NCBI GenBank assembly: GCA_023484085.1 | Contig: JAMDAS010000001.1 | Coordinates: 1-64,000, forward strand | Reading direction: 5' to 3' | Length of the DNA: 64,000 nt | Source: Candidatus Omnitrophota bacterium | GTDB lineage: Bacteria; Ratteibacteria; UBA8468; B48-G9; DTJG01 | In this document: positions 20,443-31,953 of the stretch, piece by piece | Position numbering within the stretch: the stretch's first letter is position 1 | How the letters are laid out: every line of letters begins with the position of its first letter | Notes under the pieces: model-generated | Told to the model about the DNA's origin: nothing | What the model saw: the letters and a program-made list of their open reading frames with translations, nothing else | Database searches by the model: none | Translations under genes and position numbers: made by a program

Positions 20443-20461
20443 AATTCCCTCCACTCCCCCT

Positions 20462-20920
20462 TTACTTAAGGTCTTCCTTAAATTTATTAAGTCTCATTTT
20501 AATATTATCCTCTTGCAGAGACAGGATTGAAGCCGCAAATATTGCAGCATTTTTTACTCCTGCTTTCCCTATTGCCATAACTGCAACAGGAACACCCGAA
20601 GGCATCTGCACCATTGACATCAGGGAATCAATTCCCTTTATTTCACTGGTTGGCAGAGGAACGCCTATCACAGGGAGGATCGTCTTTGCTGCAATAACAC
20701 CCGGTAAATGAGCAGCCATTCCTGCACAGGCAATAATAACCCCATAACCCTGCTCTTCAGCCGTCTCAGCAAATTTAACGGTTTCATTCAGGCTTCTATG
20801 AGCCGATAAAACTTTGATGTCATAAGATATCCCAAAACTTTCAAGGGTTTCTTTTGCCCCGTCAAGATATGAAATGTCGTTTTTACTCCCTACAATCAAA
20901 GCAACCTTTATTTTTTCCAT
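20462..20920 (-). CDS. purE: N5-carboxyaminoimidazole ribonucleotide mutase
   Basis: 152 aa; MEKIKVALIVGSKNDI…AGMAAHLPGVIAAKT PurE signature. Confidence 0.85.
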   Translation of the reverse strand: MEKIKVALIVGSKNDISYLDGAKETLESFGISYDIKVLSAHRSLNETVKFAETAEEQGYGVIIACAGMAAHLPGVIAAKTILPVIGVPLPTSEIKGIDSLMSMVQMPSGVPVAVMAIGKAGVKNAAIFAASILSLQEDNIKMRLNKFKEDLK

Positions 20921-22068
20921 AAACTCTCCATTTTTACAAGCGCCTGCTGAATTTTTTCTTTTGGTATGGTAAGGGCAAATCTTACGAATCTTTTCCCTGA
21001 TGGACCGAAACCAAGCCCTGGAGTAACTATGATACCGGCTTTTTCAAGAAGATTTGTTGTCCATTCTACACCATCGCTGCCAACGTTCAACCAGACATAA
21101 AAGGTAGCTTCCGGTATTTTAACATTAAAGGATAATTTTTTCAAACCCTCAACCAGGATGTCTCTTCTTTCCTGGTATATTCCCCTGATTTCATGGACGT
21201 CGTCCTGCGGTCCTGAAAGGGCTTCAATACCAGCAAGCTGGATGGCTTCAAACGTCCCGGAATCAATATTTTCCTTTAATATTGCCAGCTTACTGACAAT
21301 CTCTTTATTTCCACATGCCCACCCTATTCTCCATCCTGTCATGTTATAGGTTTTTGACAGGGAATGAAATTCAATCCCCACATCCTTTGCACCTGGAATG
21401 GAAAAAAATGACACAGGCTTTTTACCGTCATAATAAATTTCCTGGTATGCTGCATCATATACAAGAATAATGTTCCATTTTTTACAAAAGTTTATTGCAT
21501 CTGATAAAAATTCTTTTGTAGCACAGGCACTCGTGGGATTATTGGGATAATTTAAATAAAGGAGTTTTGCTTTTCCAAGGACGTCCTGCGGTATAGAGCC
21601 TAACTGCGGCTCAAACCTGTTTTTTTCTTCAAGTGGTAAAAGATAGGGTGTCCCTCCCGCCAGGTACGTTCCTATTTTATAAACCGGATATGCAGGTTCA
21701 GGAACAAGCGTAAATTCACCTGGATTAACAAAAACCTCCGGGAAATGTGCAAGACCTTCTTTTGACCCTATTAAAACAGCTATTTCCTTATCATAGTCAA
21801 GACTGACGTCATAATTTTTTTTATAATATTGACTTATTGATTTCCTGAAATCCTTTCTCCCTTTTCCCAAAGGGTATCTGAAAACTGAAGGCTCATCAAG
21901 AGCTTTTTTCATTGCATCAACAATCCTTTTTGGTGTAGGAATATCCGGGTCCCCAATACCAAAACTTATTACCTCCCTGCCTTTTTCCTCCAATATTTTT
22001 CTTTTCCTGTCAATCTCTGCAAATAAATATGGAGGAAGTTTATCCATCCTTTCACTTTGTTTCCACAT
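20908..22068 (-). CDS. Class I/II PLP aminotransferase, probable LL-diaminopimelate aminotransferase (adjacent to dapB)
   Basis: 386 aa; SKTYNMTGWRIGW PLP-lysine region; overlaps dapB and purE by a few codons (operon). Confidence 0.5.
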   Translation of the reverse strand: MWKQSERMDKLPPYLFAEIDRKRKILEEKGREVISFGIGDPDIPTPKRIVDAMKKALDEPSVFRYPLGKGRKDFRKSISQYYKKNYDVSLDYDKEIAVLIGSKEGLAHFPEVFVNPGEFTLVPEPAYPVYKIGTYLAGGTPYLLPLEEKNRFEPQLGSIPQDVLGKAKLLYLNYPNNPTSACATKEFLSDAINFCKKWNIILVYDAAYQEIYYDGKKPVSFFSIPGAKDVGIEFHSLSKTYNMTGWRIGWACGNKEIVSKLAILKENIDSGTFEAIQLAGIEALSGPQDDVHEIRGIYQERRDILVEGLKKLSFNVKIPEATFYVWLNVGSDGVEWTTNLLEKAGIIVTPGLGFGPSGKRFVRFALTIPKEKIQQALVKMESLWKK

Positions 22069-22867
22069 TATTTTCTCCCTTCATCCAGTTTATAACGTCT
22101 TTCATCTCATACATACCGGATTTTTGTATTAATAAAAATTTTGCACCAAGAATAGCCCCTGCTGCAAAGCTTTCCCTGCTTAAACATCTATGTGTTATTT
22201 CAATGGTTTCTCCTGTTCCTGCAAAAAAAACAGAATGTTCGCCAATAATATCACCCATCCTGACGGCATGGATACCTATTTCATCTTTATTTCTTGGACC
22301 GGTCTGATTATGACGGCTGAATTTAAACGTACTTTCAGGTTTTAAATTCTTTACTTTACATATAATCTCACCAAGTTTTAAGGCTGTTCCGCTTGGAGCA
22401 TCTTTTTTATTATGATGGTGCGTTTCCAGTATCTCCACTTCATAATCCCGGGATAAAATTTTAGCAGCGTATTCCACAACGTCCATCATAAGATGGACAC
22501 CGGGACTCATATTTGGAGAAAAAAGTATGGGAAGAGATTTACTTTTTTCAAGTATTTTATTTTTTTCCTCTTTTGAAAACCCGGTTGTCCCTATTACGAT
22601 TGGAATCTTATTTAAGTGAGCGAATTCAAGATTTTTTAAGGTGGATACAGGCGCTGTAAAATCAATAATAATATCTATTTTGTTCTCACAGCCCTGCCAG
22701 TTGGAAGAAATTTTTACCCCTGGCAAAATCTCCCTGTTTATAGATGAATGCATTTCAGATTCAAGCGCAACAGAAAGTAAAAGGTCTGCGTCTTTATTAA
22801 GAAGTCCGATGAGCGTTGAGCCCATTCTTCCACATGCACCGCATACGGCAACTCTCTTTTTCATCAT
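22052..22867 (-). CDS. dapB: 4-hydroxy-tetrahydrodipicolinate reductase
   Basis: VAVCGACGRMG NAD(P)-binding; ETHHHNKKDAPSGTA signature. Confidence 0.9.
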   Translation of the reverse strand: MMKKRVAVCGACGRMGSTLIGLLNKDADLLLSVALESEMHSSINREILPGVKISSNWQGCENKIDIIIDFTAPVSTLKNLEFAHLNKIPIVIGTTGFSKEEKNKILEKSKSLPILFSPNMSPGVHLMMDVVEYAAKILSRDYEVEILETHHHNKKDAPSGTALKLGEIICKVKNLKPESTFKFSRHNQTGPRNKDEIGIHAVRMGDIIGEHSVFFAGTGETIEITHRCLSRESFAAGAILGAKFLLIQKSGMYEMKDVINWMKGENNVETK

Positions 22868-24129
22868 TCCTCCAGTGTTTTGATTTCCACTCCAATGTTT
22901 TTCAGCTTTTTTTCAAAATCCTCGTATCCTCTGCGTAAATGATATATCCGTGAAATTTCAGTTTTCCCTTCTGCAGCAAGACCTGCAATAACCAGGGCGG
23001 CACTTGCCCTTAAATCTGATGCCATAACCTTTGCACCATGAAGATTTTTTACCCCCCTGATTATGGCAGTTGCACCATCCCTGATAATATTCGTCCCAAG
23101 TCTGTTCAGCTCCAATACGTGAATAAATCTTTCAGGAAAAATTTTTTCCGTAACAATGCTCACTCCGTCTGCAAGCGACAAAAAAGCCATCATTTGTGCC
23201 TGAAGGTCCGTAGGAAAACCGGGATATGGCAGAGTAACAACATCCAATGCCTTCCATGACGGTCTGCCATTTACCCGTATATAATCTTTTCCTACGTCAT
23301 AGGTAATCCCGGATGCACTAATTTTTTCCCAAAATGCACCTAAATGATATGGCTGGCATTTTTCAATTACTATCTCCCCGCCGGTAATGGCGCCTGCAAG
23401 AACAAAAGTTCCTGTCTCAATTCTATCCGGTATGATAGTCCATTCAATGCCATCTAATTTTTTTACACCCTCTATCCTTAAAAAAGATGAACCGGTACCA
23501 TAAATTTTTGCCCCCATCCCTGAAAGATAATCTGCAAGGTCAACAACCTCCGGCTCAGATGCAGCAAATTCAATTGCCGTTTCCCCTTCAGCAAGAACAG
23601 CAGCGCACATAACGTTACACGTTGCAAGAACGCTGGAACCAAAATTTCCGCCAAGAAATATATAGTTTCCTTTTAAACCATCATTGGCATTCGCAATAAT
23701 ATACCCATCGTTTATCTTTATGTCAGCTCCTAATTTCTGCAGGCCTTTTATATGAAGGTCTATGGGTCTTGAACCTATTACGCATCCCCCGGGCAGGGAA
23801 AATTCCGCCCGTTTAAATTTTGCAATCAATGGACCTAAAAGAGATATAGATGCCCGCATTGTTTTCACAAATTCATAAGGGGCAACAAATTTATTTATAC
23901 CTGACGGGTCTATTTCCAGGGTTTTGTTTTCAAATTTCACACCCGCCCCAAGATACTTGAGAATTTTAATCATTGTAAAAACGTCTTCAAGCCCGGGGAC
24001 GTTATGGATAATACTTTTCCCTTTTGTCAGAATTGATGCTGCCATTATCGGCAAAACTGCATTTTTAGCCCCTGAAACCTCTATCTTACCTGAGAGTTTT
24101 TTCCCCCCGTTGATTTCAAATTTTTCCAT
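22864..24129 (-). CDS. murA: UDP-N-acetylglucosamine 1-carboxyvinyltransferase
   Basis: 421 aa EPSP-synthase-fold MurA (…KLSGKIEVSGAKNAVLPI…, active-site C in PGGCVIGSRPIDLH). Confidence 0.9.
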   Translation of the reverse strand: MEKFEINGGKKLSGKIEVSGAKNAVLPIMAASILTKGKSIIHNVPGLEDVFTMIKILKYLGAGVKFENKTLEIDPSGINKFVAPYEFVKTMRASISLLGPLIAKFKRAEFSLPGGCVIGSRPIDLHIKGLQKLGADIKINDGYIIANANDGLKGNYIFLGGNFGSSVLATCNVMCAAVLAEGETAIEFAASEPEVVDLADYLSGMGAKIYGTGSSFLRIEGVKKLDGIEWTIIPDRIETGTFVLAGAITGGEIVIEKCQPYHLGAFWEKISASGITYDVGKDYIRVNGRPSWKALDVVTLPYPGFPTDLQAQMMAFLSLADGVSIVTEKIFPERFIHVLELNRLGTNIIRDGATAIIRGVKNLHGAKVMASDLRASAALVIAGLAAEGKTEISRIYHLRRGYEDFEKKLKNIGVEIKTLEE

Positions 24130-24254
24130 GTGTTTTTGTTATCCCGAAATTCAGATATGGTAAATTAATAAATTATAATATAAAGAACATCCAAAGGAAA
24201 ATTTATCTGTATGTTGATTGAAATTCCGACATAAAAAATATTTACTTTACTAAA

Positions 24255-24292
24255 GTAAGAAAAATAAGTTCTGGAACAATCCAAACTTATCA
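24255..24292. repeat. Truncated copy R4 of dispersed repeat (A-start fused to B-middle)
   Basis: aaataagttctggaacaatccaaacttat. Confidence 0.6.
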
Positions 24293-24316
24293 TACATTAT
24301 ATCAAAATTTTACGTA

Positions 24317-25261
24317 TTATGTTGATTTAATTTCACCCCGTAAAAAATTTTTTATAATAGATATAATCTGCTTGTAAAAAATACCAATCGTAAAATGTGT
24401 ACATGGCAGCCAGAAAATTTCCGGTTTACCTATTGCCTTCCGGAATTGTCTTACCTGTGCCCCTGGAATCACCATATCAAAAATAGCATTAATCATAATA
24501 AATTTTCTTCCCCTGAAACCTTCTGTATAAGTAAGAGGGTCAAGAAGAAACCATGTATATTTTGGTTTTACATTTTCAATCCCTTTTTCTTTTATATCCT
24601 GTAAAAACGTCTTATAATCAGAATTTATCTCCCTGATGTGCCTGATTCTGAGACCCTTTAAAAAAGCCGTAAAAACAAAAGGGAACGTCATCATACTTTT
24701 AATAAAAATCTCTTCCAGGTTCCCTGCACCAAGTATTGAAATCCCGGCGTCAATCCTCTTATCAATTGCAAACAACGTATTTAAAATAATTGCGCCCATA
24801 CTTACGCCGATTGCGCTGATTGAAAAACAAGAAAGGGCTGCAAACTCCGGGGCACCCCGGATAATATCAATTAAAGCAAGGGTGTCAATAATAGCCTGAC
24901 GATGCGCAGCATCTGAACGTTTTTCATCCATAGTCAAAAACAGCTGCCCGCTGAAGGTGCCTTTGGGTTTTCTATCCATGTGAAATGGAAGTTCAATAAG
25001 AAATGTGGAAAAACCCTGTTCTGATAATTTTTTAACAAAAAAGGAATGTTTGCTATGTTTTTTTTCATATAATCCATGTATGTGGATTACGGGCGGAGAA
25101 GGTTTCTGCGGAATAATAAAATGGACATAAACAGTATTATTCTCAGGATAATCCGTCACAACAGGAGAAGGAAAAGTCAGAACCCCATACCTGCCCCCAT
25201 CCAGATTTTTTTCCCGATAGATTTTGTATGCAGCCGGTTTTATATAATCAAAAAAATCCAT
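24317..25261 (-). CDS. Alpha/beta-hydrolase fold protein
   Basis: GxSxG nucleophile elbow (GVSMG), ~314 aa, esterase/lipase-like. Confidence 0.5.
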   Translation of the reverse strand: MDFFDYIKPAAYKIYREKNLDGGRYGVLTFPSPVVTDYPENNTVYVHFIIPQKPSPPVIHIHGLYEKKHSKHSFFVKKLSEQGFSTFLIELPFHMDRKPKGTFSGQLFLTMDEKRSDAAHRQAIIDTLALIDIIRGAPEFAALSCFSISAIGVSMGAIILNTLFAIDKRIDAGISILGAGNLEEIFIKSMMTFPFVFTAFLKGLRIRHIREINSDYKTFLQDIKEKGIENVKPKYTWFLLDPLTYTEGFRGRKFIMINAIFDMVIPGAQVRQFRKAIGKPEIFWLPCTHFTIGIFYKQIISIIKNFLRGEIKST

Positions 25262-25291
25262 AAACCTATTGTATAATAATTATGCTGAATT

Positions 25292-26125
25292 TTAAAGATC
25301 TGATAAAATTACCACTCTATCAAGGTTACAGAAGTCTTTTTTTATTTCCATGACTTTCAAGGACGAAAAATTCCGGTCCAGGAAAAAACTTTTTTGTTCC
25401 GGGGAGATTTCCATTATGAGGTATCCATTTTTTTTAAGAAATTTTTTTGAACCTTCAATGATTTTTTTATGATAATCAAGACCGTTTTTACCCCCGTCCA
25501 ATGCTCTTTCAGGCTCATATTGAACTTCTTTTGGCAGATTTCTCATGGCAGATTTTGATATGTAAGGCGGATTACTGATAATAAGGTCATAAAAGATTTT
25601 TTTCCGTGGAAAAAGATTGCATCGTAAAAATTCAATCCTGTCTGAAACATCAATATTTTTAGCATTTTTTTTTGATAAACATATGGATTTTCCGGAAATA
25701 TCAGTAGCAACAACTTTGGATTCCGGGAATTCTTTTGCAAGACAAACAGCAAGAACACCGCAACCGGTACATATATCAAGAATTTTAATTTTATCTTTTT
25801 CAGAAAAAATCTGTTTTGCTGATTCAATTATTAATTCTGTCTCCGGCCTGGGAATAAAAACTCCAGGCTCCATTTCAAACCTGTATTTCCAGAAATAAAC
25901 GTATTTTATAAGATAGACGAGTGGAATTCCCCGGATTCTTTTTTGGAGTAGTAGAAAATATTTTTTGAAATGGGTCCTGGAAATATTGATTTTTTCTATA
26001 TATAATCTGTATCTTTTCAGGTCAAGAACATTTGAAAGAAGCACCTCTGCCTCTATATCATAATCTTTAATCCCTGCCTTTCTTAAAATCTCTTTACCAT
26101 CTTTCAAAATCCCGTAAATTTCCAC
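25292..26125 (-). CDS. prmC: Release factor glutamine N5-methyltransferase
   Basis: ILDICTGCGVLA SAM motif, IISNPPYI; directly downstream of prfA as in the prfA-prmC operon. Confidence 0.85.
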   Translation of the reverse strand: MEIYGILKDGKEILRKAGIKDYDIEAEVLLSNVLDLKRYRLYIEKINISRTHFKKYFLLLQKRIRGIPLVYLIKYVYFWKYRFEMEPGVFIPRPETELIIESAKQIFSEKDKIKILDICTGCGVLAVCLAKEFPESKVVATDISGKSICLSKKNAKNIDVSDRIEFLRCNLFPRKKIFYDLIISNPPYISKSAMRNLPKEVQYEPERALDGGKNGLDYHKKIIEGSKKFLKKNGYLIMEISPEQKSFFLDRNFSSLKVMEIKKDFCNLDRVVILSDL

Positions 26126-28003
26126 TTATTTTAATTTTAAAAAAGCCTGTTGTGCCGCATTTCTTACTTCTTTGTTCGGGTCTGACTGTGAGATATATTC
26201 CAGCAGCCCTTGAAACTCTTTATTTTTATTTTGAACAAGATATTGTCCAAGAATCGTAACAATTCCCTCCCTTAATGATATTTCATCCGCTAATTGCGTT
26301 GTGCCTGACGGATAGTTTTCTTTGAGTCTGCGAAGAAGAGTCCCGATATGGTCATAATCACCAAGCTGGGCTTCTGCAAGATAATAGTGAATTTTAAAAG
26401 ATTTATTACCAAATATTGACCATGCATTCTGAATTGCATTTAAACAATCCGTATTTCCAAGTTTTCCTAATGTTTCAATAAGAGCAAAAGCAAAAGATTG
26501 TTCATGGATAGCCTGATTTTTAAAAGAGGCTCTTACATTGACAGAAGTTTGTGCCATCATTCCCATGCGGCCTGGCATTCCAGGAGGCATTCCCTGTCCC
26601 ATTTGTAGTTGCGGCATTACCGGCGCAGTGGATTGTAATTTTGCAAAACTAAAAGAAAGGATAACCTTTTCTTTTGCAATTTTTTCCTGTAATCTATGTT
26701 CTTTCATGGCAATTCTTTGTATTTTTTTTTGTTTTTCTTTCAGGGATGCCTGATTGTTTTTCAAGTCCTTATTGAGTGTTTTTCTTTCATCAGCAGTCAG
26801 TGCTGTCCTTTGTGAGGAAGCAAATCCCTGTGTTCCAGGCATTCCTGGAGGCATACCCGGCATTCTCATAGACCCAATGCCAAGTTTTTTTCTTTCAGTA
26901 TTTATAGTTTTTCTGAGATTATGGATATCTGTCACTATTGCTGATTTATCTTCTTCAAGAGAAAGAATTGTATTATTCGCATCATCAATTGCAGAATTTG
27001 CTTCGTCTATTTTATTTTCCCATTTTTCAACAAGAGATTTAAGAATATCTTTTAATTTTTCTGCAAGGTCAGGATTATTAGTTATATTCCCTAGAGCTCC
27101 CAAAGCAACAAGTTTTAAAGAAAAATTTTCATATTGTCTGTTAAGAAATCTTAAAAGAAATTTTCCTGCATCAGGAGTACCGGCTATGCCAATTGCGAAA
27201 AGAAGATTTTTTATTATTTCCGGATTTCTTTCACTGTCAACCAGCTTAATAAGCGATTGTAAATTTTTTTGTATGTCTGCCTGGGAATAATAAAGAAGGG
27301 ACTGACTGGCTGATTCTCTTACTGAAAGTATACCATATTCCATATCTTCTATTGTCTGTTCAATTGTTTTTTGCGGCTGTGTTGTCAGGGTTTTTACACC
27401 CGGCATAGAAGGCATACCCGGCATTCCCGGAGGCATACCCGGCATACCAGGTTTAACCCCTTTTTGTTGTACTTTTGTTGTTGTTTTCACTTTTGTCTCT
27501 TCTGCAAGTAATGCTATTTCCTCTGACTTCCATTTTTTTAAAATTTTTGCCGTATTTAATGTATTATTGATAGATTGTATTTGTTCACCAGCCATTTCCG
27601 CGAGTATTGAGTCAGGCTGGATTTTTATAACACTTTCAAAATCCTGTCCTGCTTTATTTGAATGCCCTTCCATAATCTCAACCAAACCAAGGTTATAATA
27701 AGCGGAAATATTATTGGCATCAAGATGGATTGCCTGATTGTAATTTTTTATAGCGTTTTTCAGGTCTCCTTTTTTCTGGCAGGCATCCCCCAGGTAAAAA
27801 TAAAGCATGCTGTCTGATTCCCCGGAGTTTATCAGGCCATTAAAATATTCAATTGCCTTGTTAACGTTATTACTATTTAAATACAACAGCCCTTTATTTA
27901 ATTCATTAATGTTTGTATCTGTGGATGTGTTATCCCGAGGAAAAACCAAAGAAACCGCAAAAAAACATATAATAACAGGTAAAATATATTTTAATCGTTT
28001 CAT
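26126..28003 (-). CDS. Secreted TPR/HEAT-repeat protein with PGMPPGMPG low-complexity repeats
   Basis: Signal peptide; TPR units (YFYLGDACQKKGDLKNAIKNYNQAI…); three P/G/M-rich tracts (PGMPGMPPGMPGMPSMPG etc.); C-terminal HEAT-like repeats. Confidence 0.5.
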   Translation of the reverse strand: MKRLKYILPVIICFFAVSLVFPRDNTSTDTNINELNKGLLYLNSNNVNKAIEYFNGLINSGESDSMLYFYLGDACQKKGDLKNAIKNYNQAIHLDANNISAYYNLGLVEIMEGHSNKAGQDFESVIKIQPDSILAEMAGEQIQSINNTLNTAKILKKWKSEEIALLAEETKVKTTTKVQQKGVKPGMPGMPPGMPGMPSMPGVKTLTTQPQKTIEQTIEDMEYGILSVRESASQSLLYYSQADIQKNLQSLIKLVDSERNPEIIKNLLFAIGIAGTPDAGKFLLRFLNRQYENFSLKLVALGALGNITNNPDLAEKLKDILKSLVEKWENKIDEANSAIDDANNTILSLEEDKSAIVTDIHNLRKTINTERKKLGIGSMRMPGMPPGMPGTQGFASSQRTALTADERKTLNKDLKNNQASLKEKQKKIQRIAMKEHRLQEKIAKEKVILSFSFAKLQSTAPVMPQLQMGQGMPPGMPGRMGMMAQTSVNVRASFKNQAIHEQSFAFALIETLGKLGNTDCLNAIQNAWSIFGNKSFKIHYYLAEAQLGDYDHIGTLLRRLKENYPSGTTQLADEISLREGIVTILGQYLVQNKNKEFQGLLEYISQSDPNKEVRNAAQQAFLKLK

Positions 28004-28005
28004 TT

Positions 28006-29097
28006 TTATGTACCCTTTAATGATTCTTTTTTAATTTCTTTTATCATAGGTTCAATATTCCCGTCAATGATTTCACTTAAATTATACAAGGTAAGATTTA
28101 TCCTGTGGTCGGTAATACGGTTCTGGGGAAAGTTATAGGTTCTTATTTTTTCACTTCTGTCCCCTGTTTTTATCTGTTCTTTTCTGTTAATGGATAGTTC
28201 CTCTTCTTTTTTCTGCTGGACAAGACTGTTAATCTTTGCCCTTAAAATTTTCATTGCCCTCAGTTTATTCTGTGCCTGGGACCTTTCATCCTGGCAGGCT
28301 ACAACAACACCTGTAGGAACATGCGTAATACGAACAGCCGAATAAGTAGTATTTACACTCTGGCCGCCTTTACCTGAAGCACAGAAAGTATCAATTTTTA
28401 AATCCTTTGGGTCAATATCACGTTCTTTTTCCTCTATCTCGGGAAAAACCGCCACTGTAGCAGCAGACGTATGAATTCTTCCATTTGCCTCTGTAACCGG
28501 GATCCTCTGGACCCTGTGAACCCCGCTTTCGTATTTCAACTCACCATAAGCATCTTTTCCCTCAATGACAAAAACTATTTCCTTAAAACCCCCTATCTCC
28601 GATGAATGAGAGTTCAGGATGTCTATCTTCCATCCTTTTTTATCTGCATACCGGGCATACATTCTAAAAAGGTCCTTTGCAAAAAGAGAAGCCTCGGTTC
28701 CACCTGTTCCCGCCCTTATTTCCATTATACAGTTTTTTTTATCTTCAGCCGTGGAAAAGAAAAAATCCCGTAATTTTTCTTCAGTCTGATTAATTTCCCT
28801 GTCTATAGAATTTTTTTCTTCTTCTGCAAGTTCAATGAGGCTTTCATCATTTAAAAGGGTTTCAATATCTTCCCTTTTCTGAAGAAGCTCAACGTATTTT
28901 CTGCCTGAAGAAACAGATTCTTCCATCTCTCCGATTTTTTTTATTTTTTCACGATAAGACGGACCGTTATAATTTTCAGAACGGGAAATAAAATCAAGAA
29001 TCTCATTATATTCCTTCTCTGTTTTCCTGAATTTTTTTATAATGAGAGCGTTTCCTGATTTATCAACAGATTTATTTAACAACAGATTTTTTGCCAT
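28006..29097 (-). CDS. prfA: Peptide chain release factor 1
   Basis: PVT tripeptide (RF1 PxT class), GGQSVN variant of GGQ motif. ORF-track start at 29187 lies inside rpmE; start moved to MAKNLL (ATG 29095-29097). Confidence 0.8.
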   Translation of the reverse strand: MAKNLLLNKSVDKSGNALIIKKFRKTEKEYNEILDFISRSENYNGPSYREKIKKIGEMEESVSSGRKYVELLQKREDIETLLNDESLIELAEEEKNSIDREINQTEEKLRDFFFSTAEDKKNCIMEIRAGTGGTEASLFAKDLFRMYARYADKKGWKIDILNSHSSEIGGFKEIVFVIEGKDAYGELKYESGVHRVQRIPVTEANGRIHTSAATVAVFPEIEEKERDIDPKDLKIDTFCASGKGGQSVNTTYSAVRITHVPTGVVVACQDERSQAQNKLRAMKILRAKINSLVQQKKEEELSINRKEQIKTGDRSEKIRTYNFPQNRITDHRINLTLYNLSEIIDGNIEPMIKEIKKESLKGT

Positions 29098-29284
29098 ATC
29101 TACGATTAAATCTTTCAACCATGCCCGTAGAATCCAGTATCCTTTGCTTACCTGTAAAATATGGATGGCATTTATTACATATTTCAATCTTAATCTCGGG
29201 TTTTACAGACCTTGTCTGCACTACATTGCCGCATGCGCACGTAATTACGGATTCCTTATAATCCGGGTGAATTCCCTCTTTCAT
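29072..29284 (-). CDS. rpmE: 50S ribosomal protein L31
   Basis: [20 protein letters not shown]…[10 protein letters not shown] zinc-ribbon L31. Confidence 0.9.
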   Translation of the reverse strand: MKEGIHPDYKESVITCACGNVVQTRSVKPEIKIEICNKCHPYFTGKQRILDSTGMVERFNRRYGKKSVVK

Positions 29285-31940
29285 TTTCGCCTCCAGTATT
29301 TATTGGTTTTATTATACCATAAAAAGTAAAAACAAGGAAATTTTTATATTTTCTGCCGGGAAATAGTCCTTCAACGGCTTTCCGGTAAATATAAATCTGT
29401 TTTTTATCATCTTCCGTAATTTTTAAGCTTTTTCTTGTTTTAAAATCATAAACATAAACTACATTTTCTCTTACAATCAACCTGTCTATGTAACCCTGAA
29501 AAACCTGATTATCCATGGAAAAAAGAAAATTAAGCTCATTGAAACCATCATGGACAGGGCAAACAACGTCTTTTAATTTTTCAGAGACAATATTATTTAT
29601 GTGTATGTTTAGTAATTTTTCATCAGGGACAACTGAAAATTTATTAAAATAAAACTCTGCTCTTTTCTTTAATCGGTCAAAATCCGCAGAGACTTTATTT
29701 CTCCCGATTTCTGATAAAATCTTATGTATTATAATACCAAAAACCTCTTCATCATGTTTTTCAGCAAAATCCGGAACGTTTTTATTACCGGAAGATATTG
29801 ACGTCCATGAAACAGGAATAAAAGAACGTATTTCAGGCAAATGACGTTTTATTTCTTTTTCTTCTACGGGTGAACATGCAGGAAAAATCTCTTTTTCCCC
29901 ACCTACTTCAGGAACACATTCTGAAAAAAACGGCTCTAAGATTTTTAACCATACGGTATTTTTTTTATCTTTTATGTTATCCCCGACAACAATAATTCCC
30001 TGTCTTGCTCTTGTAAGAGCAACGTAAAGAAGATTCGTTTCCTCTTCTTCAAGTCTCTTATAAAATTCACCTGATAATTCTTTTTCTGATTCCATTTTTA
30101 ATCCAAATACGTATTCCGGCCCTGCTTCCATACCCGTCATGAATTTATTATATAAGATGGAAATGTTTCTTTTATCCACCCTGCCCTGTTCTGCATCTAT
30201 AATAAAAACAACCGGGAATTCAAGGCCTTTTGAGGAATGAACCGTAAGAACCCTTACGGCATTTTCATCCTCTGTAAACACGTCTGCTTTTGGCTCATTT
30301 GAATTTTTCATAAGATGCCTCAGACTCATCCCTGCCTGGAAAAGCGGAAATTTCTGCAGACTATTAAGAACAATTAAAAATTTTTCAATATTCGCCTGTT
30401 TCTGTGTGCTGATATTTTTTCTGAAATTGAGCTCATCCAAAATGTTTTCAATGATATTGACAATTGGTTCCCGGGATAAATTATTCCTGTATTTTGAAAT
30501 AAACCCCTCGTCTATTTTAAACAAGGAGTTTTTCAGGTGCCAGAATGAAAAAACGTCTGACGGGTCAATAAGTACAAAAACAAGCGATAACATAAACAGG
30601 ATTTCAGGCTCCTGGTAAAAACCTATACCACCTATATTAACGTAAGGAATGCCAAAACTGCGTAAAACCTCTTCAAGAATCGTAAGATGACTTCTTTTTC
30701 TAAAAAGAATTGCAATGTCACTGTACCGGGCATCCCTGAATTTTTTTTGGGATTTATCCCATACCTGAAATCTCTCAAAAAGTATTTTTTTTATTCTTTT
30801 TGCGACCCACGCATATTCGTCTCTTTTCCTCAGATTGATTTTTTTGTCGTTTTTTTCAAAAATGTTTATTTCCACAAAACTCCTGTCCTGGAATTCTTTA
30901 TCCCGGAACTCATTTCTCACTTTTAACCGCTCTTCCACGGGAATAAAATTTTTAAAAGCCTCATTGACAAAATCAACAATCCCGGGAAAACTGCGAAAAC
31001 TTTGTGTCAGAAATTCTTTTTGTAAACTCCGGGAAAAAAACGTTTCCGCCTCAGCCATCAGTTCTTTTTCAGCACCCCTGAAGTAATAAATTGACTGCTT
31101 CTTGTCCCCGACGATAAAAACACCATACGGCCTTCCTGTATCCGCCTTTGAACCATAACCTGAAATCCAGTCCAGCGTGAATTCCTTGATTATCTCCCAT
31201 TGAAGAAGGTTGGTATCCTGGAATTCATCTACGAATACAATGTCAATTGACTCATCAAAATCATAGAGAACGTTCAGGGCTTCAGGGTTTTCCCTGATTA
31301 TAGAATAGGTTTTGGTTTCAAGGTCATTAAAATCAAGAAAAGCTTTTTCTTTTTTAAGCCCTTCATAAATTTTTCTGATGGACAAAAAATATTTATATAT
31401 CATGGATGTCAGGGGAAAATCTCCAGGGACACCAAGAAATACGTGAGGATGAAGCTCCTGTAAGCCATTGATAAATTTAAGAAGGTCATTCAGTTTAAGT
31501 CTTTTACAAAGAAAACTAAAGTCCGCATCACTTTCAGAAACGTTTTTGAGGAATTTATATTTGGCTCTTTCAAAAAGAATACTGCCTGTATTTTCATCTG
31601 TCACCGTAAACAACGGGTCAATGCCGGAAACAAAACTGAATCTTTTAAGTATACTCCTGCAAAAAGAATGGATAGTGGAAATTCTTATACGGAAAAGATT
31701 ATTCTCAAGTTTAATTATTTCAGCTTCGTCCTTAATCCCTGGTATGAGTTTATCCCATATCCTTCCAACGATTCTTTCCTTCATCTCACATGCAGCTTCT
31801 TCTGAGAAAGTAAGAGCAAGAAAATGTTTAAGGGAATCTATGGATGAACTTTTTTCAAGTCTGTGGATAAACTCCTCGGTAAGCATGTGGGTTTTTCCGG
31901 TTCCTGCAGAAGCCTCAATTATTTTTGAAATAAAATCCAT
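29256..31940 (-). CDS. UvrD/REP-family helicase with C-terminal PD-(D/E)xK-like nuclease region (short AddA/PcrA-like)
   Basis: Walker [13 protein letters not shown] at N-terminus; helicase motifs (…VDEFQDTN…, …[14 protein letters not shown]…); C-terminal [11 protein letters not shown]. Confidence 0.65.
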   Translation of the reverse strand: MDFISKIIEASAGTGKTHMLTEEFIHRLEKSSSIDSLKHFLALTFSEEAACEMKERIVGRIWDKLIPGIKDEAEIIKLENNLFRIRISTIHSFCRSILKRFSFVSGIDPLFTVTDENTGSILFERAKYKFLKNVSESDADFSFLCKRLKLNDLLKFINGLQELHPHVFLGVPGDFPLTSMIYKYFLSIRKIYEGLKKEKAFLDFNDLETKTYSIIRENPEALNVLYDFDESIDIVFVDEFQDTNLLQWEIIKEFTLDWISGYGSKADTGRPYGVFIVGDKKQSIYYFRGAEKELMAEAETFFSRSLQKEFLTQSFRSFPGIVDFVNEAFKNFIPVEERLKVRNEFRDKEFQDRSFVEINIFEKNDKKINLRKRDEYAWVAKRIKKILFERFQVWDKSQKKFRDARYSDIAILFRKRSHLTILEEVLRSFGIPYVNIGGIGFYQEPEILFMLSLVFVLIDPSDVFSFWHLKNSLFKIDEGFISKYRNNLSREPIVNIIENILDELNFRKNISTQKQANIEKFLIVLNSLQKFPLFQAGMSLRHLMKNSNEPKADVFTEDENAVRVLTVHSSKGLEFPVVFIIDAEQGRVDKRNISILYNKFMTGMEAGPEYVFGLKMESEKELSGEFYKRLEEEETNLLYVALTRARQGIIVVGDNIKDKKNTVWLKILEPFFSECVPEVGGEKEIFPACSPVEEKEIKRHLPEIRSFIPVSWTSISSGNKNVPDFAEKHDEEVFGIIIHKILSEIGRNKVSADFDRLKKRAEFYFNKFSVVPDEKLLNIHINNIVSEKLKDVVCPVHDGFNELNFLFSMDNQVFQGYIDRLIVRENVVYVYDFKTRKSLKITEDDKKQIYIYRKAVEGLFPGRKYKNFLVFTFYGIIKPINTGGENERGNSPGL

Positions 31941-31953
31941 AATTCCAGAATAT

